Source: Eledone cirrhosa (taxonomy: Eukaryota). Taken from it: 64,000 nt of DNA. Position 1 is the stretch's first letter. The number at the start of each line of letters is the position of its first letter. This document shows positions 26,437 to 40,760 of the stretch, in pieces. The DNA is taken from contig OZ024749.1 in NCBI GenBank assembly GCA_964016885.1, positions 40,548,001 to 40,612,000 on the forward strand. Direction: 5' to 3'. A model generated the notes under the pieces. It did no database searches, was not told the origin of the DNA, and saw nothing but the letters and a program-made list of their open reading frames with translations. The position numbers were made by a program, and so were the translations under genes.

Positions 26437-28559
26437 GCCCGACACATCAAACTTTCTTTCCTCTTTCCAATATAAAGCTTGAAACTAATAAGATTTTGTG
26501 TCTCTGTTGTCTCCTTGAACTATAAATATGTATATATTTATATATATTTGTGTGTGTGTGATAAGTATTTTCATTGAAAAGGTAAAGGAAAGAGTACTCT
26601 ATGTATAGTACAGAGGCTATTTAATTACATCATAATATAATTATTCCATTAGCAAAGGTTTCAAGAAACCTTTGATAATGAAATAATTATATTGTTGTTT
26701 ATTATGTAATTTTATATATATATATGTGAGCAGCCTGGGTTGTCACCTGGTGTTCTTTTTGCGGTTATTTTTTACTTCATCAATGGACTGCAAGAGTAGC
26801 TATGTTTCACTGACTGAGGTGGGAAGTGCTCATCTATTAGTTGTAAGAATCTTCTACCTACATTAGTTTTCACTGCTAGAAAGTAAGGTGGTGTGAACCA
26901 GATAATCTTTCTATTCCTATTTTTATTTTGGTTGCTAGTTTTTGGTATATATTTAATCCTATCCTTGAAACTACTATCACTAAGTATATATACATGACTG
27001 ATGAAACTCCAGAGTAACAGAACTCATCACTTAGCCGTAATAAAGAATACTTATATATCAAATTGTTAAGACAGCATTGATCATTCCACTTTGTAAGATG
27101 GGATTGCTGATAGCACACAAAACGCCCCCAGTCCATGTAAACTGGTCATACTGGTACCATGACAAAAAGCACCTACTCTAGAAGCTGCTAGTGATGGTGC
27201 CACGAAAAAAAAAGCTTCCAGTATACACTATAAGGTGGTTGGCATTAGGAAGGGCTTCCAGATGTAGAAAATCAAGCCAAAAATAGAGCATATGAACAAG
27301 ATCTGGCCAGTCTTGCCACATAATGTAACAGCCTATCTTACCTGTGCAAGCTTAGAAAATAGGCATGTGATGATGATGATGTTTTATAATATAAACAAGG
27401 CCACATTTAAATTGTATACCAACCCCGTGAAAATGTCCCTGATTCTATGATATATAGCTGTTTATATTTCTCTAAAAACCTATAATTTTGTTATGCTCCA
27501 AACACCAGCTTGATAATGAATATTTTTTTTGAATTATTTGAAAATTATAAGCTTCTTTCATCAGAAATATGATAATGAAAGGAGAGAGAGAGAGAGAGGA
27601 AAAAGGGGAGATATGTCTGTCACTTCCTTGCCCTCTCCCTTTTTTCATAGCTTAATTCCTTTTTTTTTTTTTCTTACTACTGGATATTATGTCCTGAATA
27701 CATATATTTTAAAAAACAAATGAAGTTCTGTTAATTATATTAATCTTGGTACTTTATTTTATCAAGCCCAGAAGGACGAAAGAAAAATTGATCTGGCAGG
27801 AATGGAATGTGAAATGTAAGAGCGTTTTTTTACCTTTCGTAATTATTGCCACAAAAGAAGATATCACAGGGACAGGTGCAAAAACTGTGGGGGAGGCACA
27901 GAATTGGTTATGAGAAATAATAAAACTTTCAATACAATAGAAACAACACTGCACATATCCAAGGCACACAAAGCTATGCTCGGTTATGCAGTGGCAGTAC
28001 ACAATGAAAATAAAACTACTGATGATGATAATTACTACTATAGGCACAAGGCCAGCAATTTGGGGGGGAGAGGAAAGTCGATTAAATCGTACTTTATTTT
28101 ATCGACCCCAGAAGGATGAAAAGCAATGTCGACCTCAGTGGGACAGGATTAGAATGTAGAGAGACAACTAAATGACAAAGCATTTAGTTTGACGCACTCT
28201 CTAACCATTCCATCAATAATAATAATATTGATTGTGATGATTTTTATTTCTATCTTTGGCACAAAGCTATAATTTTATTGGGTGGCAGAGGAGGGGAGGG
28301 GAAGCGAAAGATATTGTTGATTTAATTGACCCTTCCATACATGACTGGTACGTATATTTAAACAGAAAAACCTTGGAAGGTTGAATAGCAAAATTAAAGC
28401 ATGGTGGAATTTGAACTCAGAATATAGAGGTGCATAACTAAATACTCTGAGAAGTTTTGGTCAGTGCTCTACTGATTCTAACAATTGACCACCACATGCT
28501 TGAGTTGCAGTGAGGAGATAGTTTCAGTTGAGAAAGTAAGCTTGAGTGAGAACCTAGGG

Positions 28560-29345
28560 TAAAAAAATAAAGAAAACTTGTTAAAGGAGGTCCTCAATGG
28601 AAAGGGTGGTTCAAAGAAAAAGAGCCACAGACCAGGTCAGATTTGAAGCAAACTCATTGCACTCAGAAATGATAAAGACACATGGACATGGTGCGAAGAG
28701 AATATCTGAAGAAAGAAACAGAAGGTTTGATTTGGCAGCCCAAGACCAAATGATAAGGACAAATTGGATCAAAGTCAATGTGGATAAGGTGGTCACATTA
28801 CCACTGTGTGGAAAGGTGAATGAGACAGTTAGCTTTAATGTCACAGGATACTCACAAGTGACGCAGAATGAATGCAAAACATGGAGATAAAGTGGCAGCA
28901 GTAATATATTGGCAACAAAAGAGATGATAGTCCCCTCAATCGGGGCTGCCCAAAGCGGGTGCCAGGCCCATTCAGAGCCGGCAGCGATCGAAAGTGTTTC
29001 TTCTTCAACTCGAGAGTCAGGTTGCTTGGTAACACAGCCCAGAAACAAAGATTGATCACAACAAACCAGATATAATGTTAATAATCAAGAACGATATGAA
29101 GTGCTCCATCATGGACATAGCCTGCCCTTCTAACACGAAACGAAAAAGAGAAGAAAAACTACAATTATTTCAAATATGAAATTTTAAAAGTATGGAAGGG
29201 TGAAGTAAATAAGGTAATTATTGGTACCAGTAATTATAGGAACATTAAGATGTGTAACAACTGATCTTGGTAAAAAGTACTGTGCAAAAAGTATGTCTAC
29301 TTGACACTGCCAGGATAATTAGAAAAGTGATGGATACCACCTAAA
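28560..29345 (+). mobile_element. Decayed RLE-type (R4/NeSL-like) non-LTR retrotransposon 3' remnant
   Basis: AAQDQMIRTNWIK..CGK.NETV zinc-knuckle region, KPDI..IMDIACP PD-(D/E)xK-like motif, VPVIIGTL, ARIIRKV; several frameshifts. Confidence 0.6.
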
Positions 29346-29444
29346 AAAATCAGAAAGCAATTCATATTATTTTAAACTCCAAAATGGTGCTTGATGGTAA
29401 GAACAATACTGATAGTTAATATCAACACCGAGCGAAAATAATAA

Positions 29445-30980
29445 TGATTTCTACTATAGCCACAAGGCCAGCAATTTGGGGAGAGGGGATTAAATCGACC
29501 CCAGTACATTACTGGTACTTTATTTTATCAACCCTGTGAGGATGAAAGGGAAAGCTAACCTTGGCGGCATTTGAAATCAGAACGCAAAGGGCCGTAACTC
29601 TTTGTCGCAAAGTATGCTGTCCGACGTTCTACCAATAATGATGATCATAGTTTTTAATTTAGGTACAAGGTCAACAATTTTAAATGGAGGAGAAAGTTGA
29701 TTAAATCAATCCAGTATGTGATTGGTACTTCATCAACACTAGAAAGGACGAAAGGCCACCATGTTAACCTCAGCCGGATTTGGCTATAACTAACTAGCAT
29801 AAGACATTTTGTCTGATGCTCTAACAATTTTGCTAATCCATCACCGAAATAATAATAATAATGGTTTCTTATATAGGCACAAGACCAGCAATCTTTGGGT
29901 AGGAGAAAGTCGATTAAATCGACCCCAGTGCGTGACTGGTACTTTATTTTATCGACTGCATAAGGATGAAAGGCAAAGTTAACCTCGGCGGGATTTGAAT
30001 TCAGATGAAAAAGGGCCGTAACTCTATGCTGCAAAGAATGGCGTCCGACCTTCTACCGATACTGCCAATCCACCGCCCCTAATAATAATAATATTAATAA
30101 TAATAATAATGATGATAATGATGATGATAATAATAATAATAATAATAATAACAACAATAAAAATAATGGCTTTTAATTTAGGCACAGGGCCAACAATTTT
30201 AGGGAGGAGGGACAGTCGATTAAATTGACTGGTACTTTATCGACTCTGGAAAGGACATAAGGCGAAGTTGACATCAGCGGGATTTGAACCCAGAAAGTAA
30301 AAAGCTGTAACTAACCACCACATTATTTTGTTTGATGCTCTAACGATTCTGCCAATCCACTGCTAATAATTGTAATAATTGTTTCTACTTTAGGCACAAG
30401 GCCAGCAATTACCCAGTGCATTACTGGTACTTTATTTTATCGACCGTAAGGATAAAAGGCAAAGTCAACCTCGGCGGGATTTGAACTCAGATCGTAAAGG
30501 GACGTAACTATGCTGGAAAGCATGGCGTCTGATACTGCCAATCCACCGCCCTAATTAGATGATAATAATGGTTTCTAATTTAGATACAATGCCAGTAATT
30601 TTGGGGAAGATTTAAATCAGTTACATTAACCCAGTATTTCACTGGTACTTTATTTTATTGACCCCAGAAGGATGAAAGGCAAAGTTGACCGTGGCGAGAT
30701 TTGAACTTCAAATAAATACCAGTAGGCTCTTTCTTTCTTTAACGCTCTTACCATTCTGCTAATTCTTCTCCAATAATAATAATAATAATAATTGTTTCTA
30801 CTTTTGGCACAAGGCCAGCGATTATCCCAGTGTATTACTGGTACTTTATTTTATCAACCCTGTAAGGATGAAAGGCAAAGTTAACCTGAGCGGTGTTTGA
30901 ACTCAGACTGTAAAGGGCCATAACTCCATACTGTGAAGCATGATGTCTGACGCTCTACTGATACTGCCAATCCACCGCAC
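29445..30980 (-). mobile_element. Cluster of about 8 co-oriented tRNA-SINE copies separated by (AAT)n
   Basis: Repeated GGCACAAGGCCAGCAATT...GGTACTTTATTTTATCGAC...GGATTTGAACTCAG blocks. Confidence 0.85.
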
Positions 30981-31409
30981 TTTAATAATAATATTAATAA
31001 TAATAATGATGATGATGATGATGATGATGATGTGTGCTAAGATGGTCGCAATAGCTTTAAAGCACCAACAGGTGAGAATGCTCTTTAAGTTTTCCAAGAA
31101 AAACAATAATTACAAAAAGTTAATTAACAATTAATGTCGAAATTGTGTGTGTGTGTGTGTGTTAGCATGTGTGTAAGTGCATGTATGCATAGGTATGTGA
31201 ACATGTGTGTAGGTATATGTGCATATGTGTGTATGTATGTGTATATATGTGCATGCATCTGCATGTGTGTGTGTAAGAGCATATGTGTCTGCATATTATA
31301 ATTTTTTTTTTTTTTATTTGCTACATTTTTTTTCAAAAGAGTTCAAAGAGTTCATCAAGCTGGACATTTGAGTCCAACAAGTAAGGAATTCCATTGTCCA
31401 TTGCCCGGT

Positions 31410-31498
31410 TTACTTTTTGGCCAGAGCCACTCCAAGACCAACCAGACTTCCGATAGTTAGCACGGCACCTCCAATTATGGCCATTCCCATCAGGCCTT
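31410..31498 (-). CDS. FIS1: FIS1 exon 5 (TM anchor)
   Basis: EGLMGMAIIGGAVLTIGSLVGLGVALAKK* vs human DGLVGMAIVGG...; accAG acceptor, phase 1. Confidence 0.95.
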
Positions 31499-32258
31499 CT
31501 GGTAAATGAAAGAAAAACAAAAGAAGAAAATGTAAGAAAGAATTTGAAGAAAAATATGCGGAAAAAAACAAATCAGAAAATTCTTAACTCTTTTGAAATG
31601 ATAGGAAGGGCATCCAGCTATAGAAACTATGCTGAAAAAGGTGCAAGTGGACTCTTTAGTTGTGTCTGGGGTACAACCTTTTAGTGTTGGTGACATGATC
31701 AAATGCACCCAGTACACTCTGTAAAGTAGTTGGTGATAGGAAGAGCATCCAGCAACAGAAACTATGCCAAAAAGGGATTGAAAGGACATTACAGATATGT
31801 CAAAGGCACAATTTCTCTAGTGTTGGTGACATGATCAAATGCCTTCGGTACATTCTGAAAAAATGTTTGGTTATAGGAAGGGCATCCAACCATAGAAAAC
31901 CTGCCAAACAAGGTCAGAATGACTCATCAGTCATGACAACCTCGTTAGTATTGGTACCATGATGAAATGCACCCAGTACATTCTGCACCTTTCTTCAGGT
32001 CTTGGAGAGCCTGTGAAGGCCATGGAAACTGCCCTTTTCTTTATGGAGGGCCTGTTGAAGGCCATAGGCAAAACTATTTTTTATCTTCAAGTCTTAGCAG
32101 GCCTATGAACATTACGGGCAATGCCCCTTCCTCCAGACTTACTAAGCAAAATTTTAAAAAAAGCAAAGGCAAAGATCCAAACTATAACAAAAACTGAGAA
32201 AGAAAACGTTAAAAATATAAATAAAAAGATAAAAGAAAAAATAGAAGATAAAGCAAAC

Positions 32259-32364
32259 CTCGGGTTAATTTTTTCTTGATAAACTCCTCCATGCGCTTTG
32301 CTTGAGAATTATCTGGTTGGAGGTTCAACACCATCTTTATGTATTGTAAAGCCAATTCATATTC
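32259..32364 (-). CDS. FIS1: FIS1 exon 4
   Basis: EYELALQYIKMVLNLQPDNSQAKRME.. vs human EYEKALKYVRGLLQTEPQNNQAKELE; 106 nt. Confidence 0.95.
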
Positions 32365-33530
32365 CTGAAGATAGATACACACAGATATATGGAGAATTAA
32401 TGGACAGTAGTTAGTTACTGTGATATCAGATACCAGGAAGAGTATCCAGCTGGAAAACATTGCCTCAAAAGGGCCCCATGATAAGTATAAAGTCTATTAT
32501 GAAGCCTGTAAAGCTAACCCTTGCTTCAACAAGGAAAATAGCCTTCAAATGCTTATTGTCATAACTGTAATATAAATAGGTGAAATTCTAAAAACACATC
32601 ATACACAATCAAAGAGATTTTAACCCTTTTGATACCAAACCACCTGGAACTGTTCCTGGTTCTTTCTTCTACAATACAAAACTGTTTGTTTTAAAGTGCC
32701 TATCATCATCGTCATCATCGTTTAACGTCTATCTTCCACACTAACATGGGTTAGACGAGAATTGTCCCATTTGAGGTAAGATTGGTCAGGTGACCGTGTC
32801 TTGCTCGTTTGGACTATCTGGCAGGTTTTCTACAGTTGGATGCCCTTCCTAACACCAACCACATTTACAGTGTGGACTGGGAGCTTTTTACCGTGTTACC
32901 TACACAACCACATTACAGTGTGGACTGTGTTTTTTTTTCCCCTCCTTTTCTTTTTCCCTTCTCTGTCCTTTTTTTTTCTCTTCCCTCTTTTTCTCTTTTT
33001 TCTTCCATTTTTTTTCTTCTCTTTTCCCTTCCCCCCTTTTTTTTTATTTATCTAAAAACATTTCATCATTTTTAAGTAAGAAACTTTGTTAAGTTATGCT
33101 GTAAACATCAGCTTAATGATGAGAAAGTTAGTTTTATTAATCCCTCCAAATTCTTGATTATTTAGAAAATGATTTGAAAATCATAAGAAGCATATTTTGT
33201 TAGAAATATGGTTATGAAAGAGTTAACCCTTTTAATACCTAACCTGTCAAAAAAAAACCTGTTTCTAGAATATAAAACCAATAATTTTAAAGTGTTTACA
33301 TTTATCTAAAAATCTTCCATTGTAATTTTAAATAAGAACCCTTGTTAAGTTATGTTCCAAACTTCAGTTTAATAATGAGATATTACATATTAGACTTCAA
33401 CATAAATACTGAAGCAGTGTTGAAAGAATCACTTAACCAATGTGCAAAAATACATACTTACTTGGCATAGAAATGTAGAAATAGTCAAAGAATACATTAA
33501 ATTTATTTTAAAGGTTTTCAAATAACTTAC

Positions 33531-33610
33531 TTTCAACTTGGTAAAGCCAACAGCCACATAATAGAGGTAGTCTCGACGAGATTGATCATCATTGGTTTTC
33601 TGTAAGATAT
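33531..33610 (-). CDS. FIS1: FIS1 exon 3
   Basis: DILQKTNDDQSRRDYLYYVAVGFTKLK vs human QRDYVFYLAVGNYRLK; ccAG / GTAAGT. Confidence 0.95.
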
Positions 33611-34309
33611 CTGGAATGTAGAAACAATGAACACTTTTAGACAGCAGAACATTCTGGTGAGAACCATGTTGGTTTTATTTTGCATTCTATATACATATGG
33701 GAAATGTAGCGGGGCACTTTAGCTCTGGCAAACAACCTCCCTAGTGTTAGTAGCATGATAAAATGCACTGAATCCACGCTGTAAAGTAGTTGCTAACAAG
33801 AAGGGCACCCAGTCAGTAAAACTATGCAACTGGAATTTGAACTCTGTGTATAGAGATGCTGCAATAATTGTTTCTACTTTTAGCATAAGGCCAGCAATTT
33901 GAAATGAAGGGGAAAGTTGATTAAATCAACCCCAGTGAGATATTGGTACTTTATCCTAGTAAGGATGAAAGGCAAAGTTAACTTCGGCAGAATTTGAACT
34001 CATGATATAAAAGGACATAACTGTATGCAGCAAGGCATGTTGTCTGACACTCTACCGATTCTGCCAATCCATGGCATATGGAAATCCATTGTACTTTATT
34101 GATTGAGCTCAGAAAGATGAAAGATAAAGTTAACCTCAGTGGAATTTGAACTTAGAGAAAGGCTTTAATAATTCCATCAATACCCAACCCTGGACTGGTA
34201 CACAATTTTAGATGCCCACTGAAAGAACAAAAGGCAAAGCTGTCCTCAGTGGGATTTGAAATCACAGTGCAGAGAGTCAGAACAAATACCACAAAGCATG
34301 TTGTCCATT

Positions 34310-34520
34310 CTGATAGTTTTTTCCATTGCACATCACGCCTATGGAATTCTCTTCTGGCTTCTTGCTTTCCTGATCACTGCAATTTTCAAAAATTCAAAAG
34401 CAAGATCAATCATCATTATCCTTCAATTTATTCTCTTTATCTAGTCCTTCTCCCTTCTCAGTAATCCCTTGTATTGTAGTGGCTTTATTGTCTTGCTTAG
34501 GGTGACAAAAAAAAAAAAAG
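34310..34520 (+). mobile_element. 3' end of a CR1/Jockey-group LINE with poly(A)
   Basis: SFFHCTSRLWNSLLASCFPDHCNFQKFKSKIN, a short 3'UTR, then an A-run. Confidence 0.65.
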
Positions 34521-34615
34521 TAATTTGTCCAACACTAACGACTCCACCAGTTTGCTGCCAATAAATTTCTAATTTCAAAAACCTGATAATTTCCATGAAC
34601 ACTTGAAGGACTCAC

Positions 34616-34748
34616 CTTGAAGACATGAAATTCCTTTCTGAATGTCATTCGAATATTTACTCCGAATTAAACAGAGTGCATAATCAAAGTAGGTAGTTTC
34701 ATGGATCACGCCTCGTTTTTCTTGACTTAAATACAACTGTTCATACCT
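34616..34748 (-). CDS. FIS1: FIS1 exon 2 (TPR)
   Basis: RYEQLY..TTYFDYALCLIRSKYSNDIQKGISCLQ vs human TQFEYAWCLVRSKYNDDIRKGIVLL; 133 nt; GTGAGT donor. Confidence 0.95.
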
Positions 34749-35470
34749 CTGGAAAAAAGAAAAATGGAAAAAACAAAAGAAATAAGTAAATTGCAACAAC
34801 TAATATATATACTCCATGGAAATACAATGTGAAAAGCCAATATATGGCTTATCTACTGGATCTACAAAACCTCAATTCAAAATATATGGTAGATTATAAA
34901 TTTGGTATGTAAATGGAGGGGTGACTTTACATTGTATCATCATCATTTTTATGTTGACTTTGCCATGCTGGCATGGGTTGGATGGGACTTTTTCCAGAAA
35001 CGTTTTATAGCCAAATGCTCTTCCAGAAACTATACATATATATATATTTCCTTGCAAGCAGGAAAAGCGGACATAAAATGATGGTGATGATGATATATAT
35101 ATATATATATAAACAGCCTAACATAAATGATATATATATATAAAAAGAGAGGGGGGGGGGGGGCAATTGGCAGAGTCGTTAAAACGTTGGTTGAATGCTT
35201 TATGGTATTCATTCCGACTTTCTGCTCTCCGAGTTCAAATCCTGCCAAGGTCAACATTGCCTTTCATCCTTTCGAGGTCGATAAAAAACGTATCAGTCAA
35301 GTACGGGGGTAGATTCTTACTCTATATCTCTTTCTCATTTCCTCTCTCTCAGGAAGAACTCTGCTGTACTCAGACCTGGAGCGGAATGGGCTCCGCAATG
35401 CTTAAAATTCCCCCCCAAAACGCTGTATGTCAATATGGCACCCCCACAACTCTATCAGGAGTTGCAGGAC

Positions 35471-35507
<37 letters not shown>

Positions 35508-35509
35508 TT

Positions 35510-35892
35510 TTCATTTCATTTTACGTTCGCTTTTTCCCTGCTTGCAAGGGTGGGACTGGAACTGATTCTGGCTTGATTTCTACAGCTGGATGCCCTTCCT
35601 AACACCAACCTCATTTACAGTGAGTGCTGGGTGCTTTTTTTCCGTGGCGCCTACACGTCCACTTTACAGTGTGTGCTGGGTGCTTTTTGGCCGTGGCACC
35701 TCCACGACCACTTTGCAGTGGAATGATAGGGACCCCAGTCCCTATCATCTCATTTCTACAGCTGAGTAAACTGAAGCAATGTGAAATAAAGTGTCTTGCT
35801 CAAGGAAACAACACATCACCCGGTCTGACAATTGAACTCACAACAGTTTCGATTGCAAGGCCAATGCTCTAACCACTAAGCCATGTGCCTCC
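35510..35892 (-). mobile_element. Second tRNA-SINE family with RTE-like tail
   Basis: Head GGCACATGGCTTAGTGGTTAGAGCATTGG..GAGTTCAATT and body TTAGGAAGGGCATCCAGCTGTAGAAA. Relatives at 41110-41410 (+), 50860-51098 (-), 40830-41085, 41598-41860, 48400-48700 and 52115-52370. Confidence 0.8.
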
Positions 35893-36140
35893 ATATATAT
35901 ATATACATACATAAGACAGCAGAAGTGTAATTTAAGGAAAATTCAGCTGCTATTTCAGGCATATTGAGCAACTACATAGTAGCTCATCATGTAATCAGTC
36001 CATTCAATCTTGTTGAATTTGAAAGCATTAGCTGAGGAAGCCAGTGAGAATGTAGCAAGACTACAATTATCTCCCTCTCTCTTTCTTTCAATATAATTAT
36101 ACACACACACACACATATATTATATATACATATATATGTC

Positions 36141-36180
<40 letters not shown>

Positions 36181-36906
36181 GAAAGAGAGAGAGAAACAAT
36201 CTTATTCGATACCTTGTTATTATACCTGACTGTTTTCTGTTATAATAGCCCAGTTGATGATATATAATAGATAGTTCAGTTACTTCTACAGTACCAAACA
36301 TTAATTATATGACTTTCTATCAGGGAATAATTAATTGCCAAATGGTGTGTTGGTACATCATCATTAATTTTATGTTCATTTTTCCAAGCTTGCATAGACT
36401 GCCTCCCTCCCACCCTAACCTCTCTCGAAAAGTATCATATCATTTCAAGTGCTCCTTTGTCATCTCCTTAGTTCAGCCACCTGAGATGAGGCTTCATCAT
36501 TTTCTATCCCTGTCTTCTTTAGCTTTTCCTTCCTACTTCTTTACTACTCCTAAAAAAAAAGCACATTTTCAAAATCCAGCAGATTGAGTTAGGAAGTAAC
36601 CCTAATGAAGTTTTTGCCAGTAAATTATAAATATGATTGATCCGCCACTGTTTTCAATAACGAGCATTCAGTCGTTGAATCAAATGAACATCTGACTCAT
36701 TGATTAACAGAAGTGGTTGAGTATTCCACAGATACGTGTATCCTTAACTTGATTCCAGCCATAGAAACCATGCTCCCAGCACACACTGTAAAGTGGATGA
36801 TGTGAGGGAGGTCATCAAACTGTAGAAACCATGCTCCCAGTACATGCTGTAAAGTGGTTGGTGTCGGGGAGGGTACCTTACCTTTTCTACGGAAATACTT
36901 AACACC

Positions 36907-36960
<54 letters not shown>

Positions 36961-37222
36961 AATATAATTCAGCGAGACTCACTCGTATTTCGGCTGGTAG
37001 AAATATATATATATATATATATATGTGATGCGCATGGAGGATGACCGCTGGGTAAAGAAGTGCCAAGAAATCCCAGTAGAAGGAAGACGCAGTAGAGGTA
37101 GACCACAAAAAACAAATATATATGCGTGTATATATATCTATATGCATATATATATGTATATATATATGCATATATATATATATATGCATATATATATGCA
37201 TATATATATATATATGCATATA

Positions 37223-37269
<47 letters not shown>

Positions 37270-37476
37270 GCATATATATACGTATATATATATACGTATA
37301 TATATATACGTATATATATATATGTATATATATATATGTATATATATATATGTATATATATATATGTATATATATATATATGTATATATGTATATGTATA
37401 TATGTATATGTATATGTATATATGTATATATATGTATATATATATATGTATATATATATATGTATATATATATATG

Positions 37477-37508
<32 letters not shown>

Positions 37509-37522
37509 TGCATATATATATG

Positions 37523-37571
<49 letters not shown>

Positions 37572-37610
37572 GTATATATATATACGTATATATATATGTA
37601 TATATATATA

Positions 37611-37713
37611 TTTCGTTTCTGAATTTGTTTAGCAAGATTCTTTATCTGAAATCGTGTGTTGAAACCGATATTGTTATACTTTGGCAACATGACCCTCCCA
37701 AAGTATAACAATA
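37611..37713. mobile_element. Ultra-short fold-back relic of the 52411-54485 Penelope-like family in (TA)n
   Basis: Tail identical to 52412-52468, then ATATTGTTATACTTTGG CAACATGACCCT CCCAAAGTATAACAATAT. Confidence 0.8.
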
Positions 37714-37743
37714 TATATATATATATATATGTATATGCATATA

Positions 37744-37780
<37 letters not shown>

Positions 37781-37880
37781 GTATATATATATATATATAT
37801 ATATATATACGTATATATATATATATATATATATATATACGTATATATACGTATATATATATATATATATATATATATAC

Positions 37881-37918
<38 letters not shown>

Positions 37919-37939
37919 GTATATATATATACGTATATA

Positions 37940-37971
<32 letters not shown>

Positions 37972-38029
37972 CGTATATATATATGTATATGTATATATAT
38001 ATACGTATATATATATATACATATATATG

Positions 38030-38064
<35 letters not shown>

Positions 38065-38141
38065 GTATATACATATATATATATATGTATATACATATAT
38101 ATGTATATATATATGTATATATATGTATATACATATATATG

Positions 38142-38215
<74 letters not shown>

Positions 38216-38447
38216 CATATATATATATATATATGTATATACATATATATATATTTTTTTATTTTATTACGATCGACTTTCGTCAAATCGGACCGAGGAA
38301 ACAATGTTTCCGTTGGTCTTTCCAATTGCTAATACTATCTATCGGTCACAACTCCAGGTATATATACGTATATATATATATGTATATATATATATGTATA
38401 TGTATATATATATGTATATATATATGTGTGTGTGTATATATATATGT

Positions 38448-38479
<32 letters not shown>

Positions 38480-38499
38480 GTGTGTATATATATATATAT

Positions 38500-40760
38500 A
38501 AAATTTAAAAGCATATTACTTGATGCTTTTGATAGTAAGGAAGAGCAATTAGAGTCGTACAATATAGAGGAACTGGGAATTCCTGAAAGCTAACCTGCTG
38601 AAGGTGACAGATGAAATCTGTGGCTGGAGCAGGCCTATAGGCAGGAGGAGAGTAACTTGGTGGTGGAACAGTAAGGTGGAGGAGTCAATCAAGGCCAAAA
38701 AGCAGGCTTGGAAAGTATGGCAGGATATAGTGAAGTAGAGAAGACTATCAAGTGGCCAGGAGGGAAGCTAGGAGACAAGTGTACTTTGCAAGAAGGGAAG
38801 CAGAGGAAAGAAAGTTCAAGCATGTTCTACAACGCGAGGACCAAAAACGTGAGGTGTTCAGGATTGCTAGGCAATGTGTCAAGGAAAACCGTGATATTGT
38901 CGGGGAGAAGCGTGTCCTTAATGATGATGGTGTACTTGCCATAACTGACGCTGATAAGAAGGTAGCTTGGGAGTGTCACTACGAAAGGCTACTAAATGAG
39001 GAGAATAATTGGGAGAAAGACAGTCTCCCCCACATCGATCCAATAGAGGGAGCAGCAGTGCAAGTTGAAGGTAGTATAATAAGTAAGGCGATCAAAGATA
39101 TGAAGACAGGCAAGGCGGCTGGGCCTTCGGAAATAGTTGCTGAAATGCTGAAAGCATCTGGAACAGTGGGACACACTATGGTCACCCGGATAGTAAAGCA
39201 TGTCATACAAAATGGGGTCGTTCAGAAGGACTGGCGTAGCAGCATCATCATTAACTGCTACAAGGGTAAAGGGGATGCCCTAGGTAGGGGAAACTATAGA
39301 GGCATTAAATTAATTGACCAGGTCATGAAGGTCACAGAAAAAGTAATAGCGCAACTAATCAGAGAGTGAATTAATCTAGATGAAATGCAGTTCGGGTTTG
39401 TGTCAGGTAAAAGTACCACACACGCTCTTTTCATTGTACGACAACTACAGGAGAAGTACCTAGCTAAAAGTAAACCCCTATACTTAGCATTTGTTGACTT
39501 GGAGAAAGCCTTTGACAGAGTCCCACACCCCATTATCTGGTGGGCTCTTAGAAAACTAGGTGTTAATGAATGACTTGTGAGAGCTATACAAGCCATGTAT
39601 AAAGAAACAGTCAGCAAGGTTAGAATTAACAACGAATATAGTGAAGAGTTTAGTGTAAAAGTTGGTGTTCATCAGGGCTAAAGTTGGTGTTCATCAGGGC
39701 TCCGTCCTTAGCACCCTCCTATTTATTATTGCCCTTCAGGAGTTCAAGACCAGCTGCCCATGGGAACTCCTATACGCAGATGATCTAATGCTCATAGCTG
39801 AATCAATGGCTGAACGAGAGATGAAATTCCAAACATGGAAGCATGGCCTAGAATCAAAAGGCCTTAAAATTAACCTGTCTAAGACTAAAGTTCTAGTTTG
39901 TAGGAAGCAAAATAGGGCACTGATCCCATCTGGGAAATGGCCATGCTCAGTGTGTAGGAAAGGAGTAGGCAGAAACTCCATTTTATGTCCCAAATGCAAA
40001 GTATGGGTGCATAAAAGATGTAGTGGGATCACAGGTAAGTTAACTAAGAATATAGATTTTATGTGGCCGGTGCTCAGGTGCAATAAGTAGCAGCAAGTGC
40101 CACAGAATACTAGCTCATTCCATTGCATGGTTCTATAGAAATAGTGGACACCTTCCGTTACCTGGGTGACAAAATCAGCAGTGGTGGAGGGTGCTCTGAA
40201 AGTACAGTAGCTAGAGTCAGAACGGGATGGAAAAAGTTCAGAGAGCTTATACCACTATTGGCCGCTAAAGGTTTCTCTCTAAAAATGAAAGGCAGGCTGT
40301 ATGATGCCTGCATACGAACAGCAATGTTGCATGGCAGTGAGACTTGGGCATTGTGTGCAGAGGATATATGCAGACTGGAGAGAAACGAAGCTTGCATGCT
40401 CTGTTGGATGTGTAACAGTAATATACGTGAACGGCAAAGCATAAATGAACTAAGGGAGAAATTAGGAATAAGAGGGATCAGATGTTGTTTGCTCGAGAGA
40501 AGACTACGTTGGTATGGTCACGTGATGCGCATGAAAGACGACAGCTGTATAAAAAAGTGCAGGGCGATAAAAATAGATGGTAGCCACAGAAAAACCTGGG
40601 ACGACTTGATAAATTCCGACCTCACACCTCTCCAAGACAATGTCACTGGACCGAGATCTTTGGCGCTACACAGTAGTACAGAAGACCCACCTTGCCTAAG
40701 TACAAAGCGAAACCTACAGTCAGTAGGCACCTCTTAACAAAAATACACCCCCGTCCCACT
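38500..40760 (+). mobile_element. 5'-truncated RTE-clade LINE with disrupted RT ORF, in FIS1 intron 1
   Basis: GKAAGPS, NYRGIKL, QFGFVSGKST, AFVDLEKAFDRV, GVHQGSVLS, LLYADD, a Cys-rich insert CSVC..CPKCKVWVHKRC and RRLRWYGHVMR. In-frame stops and a 22-bp duplication. Confidence 0.93.

Noticed and set aside
38752-40737. RT ORFs as a host gene or novel RT system
   Set aside because: Ordinary 5'-truncated RTE LINE with stops and frameshifts; sibling fragments occur elsewhere in the window.
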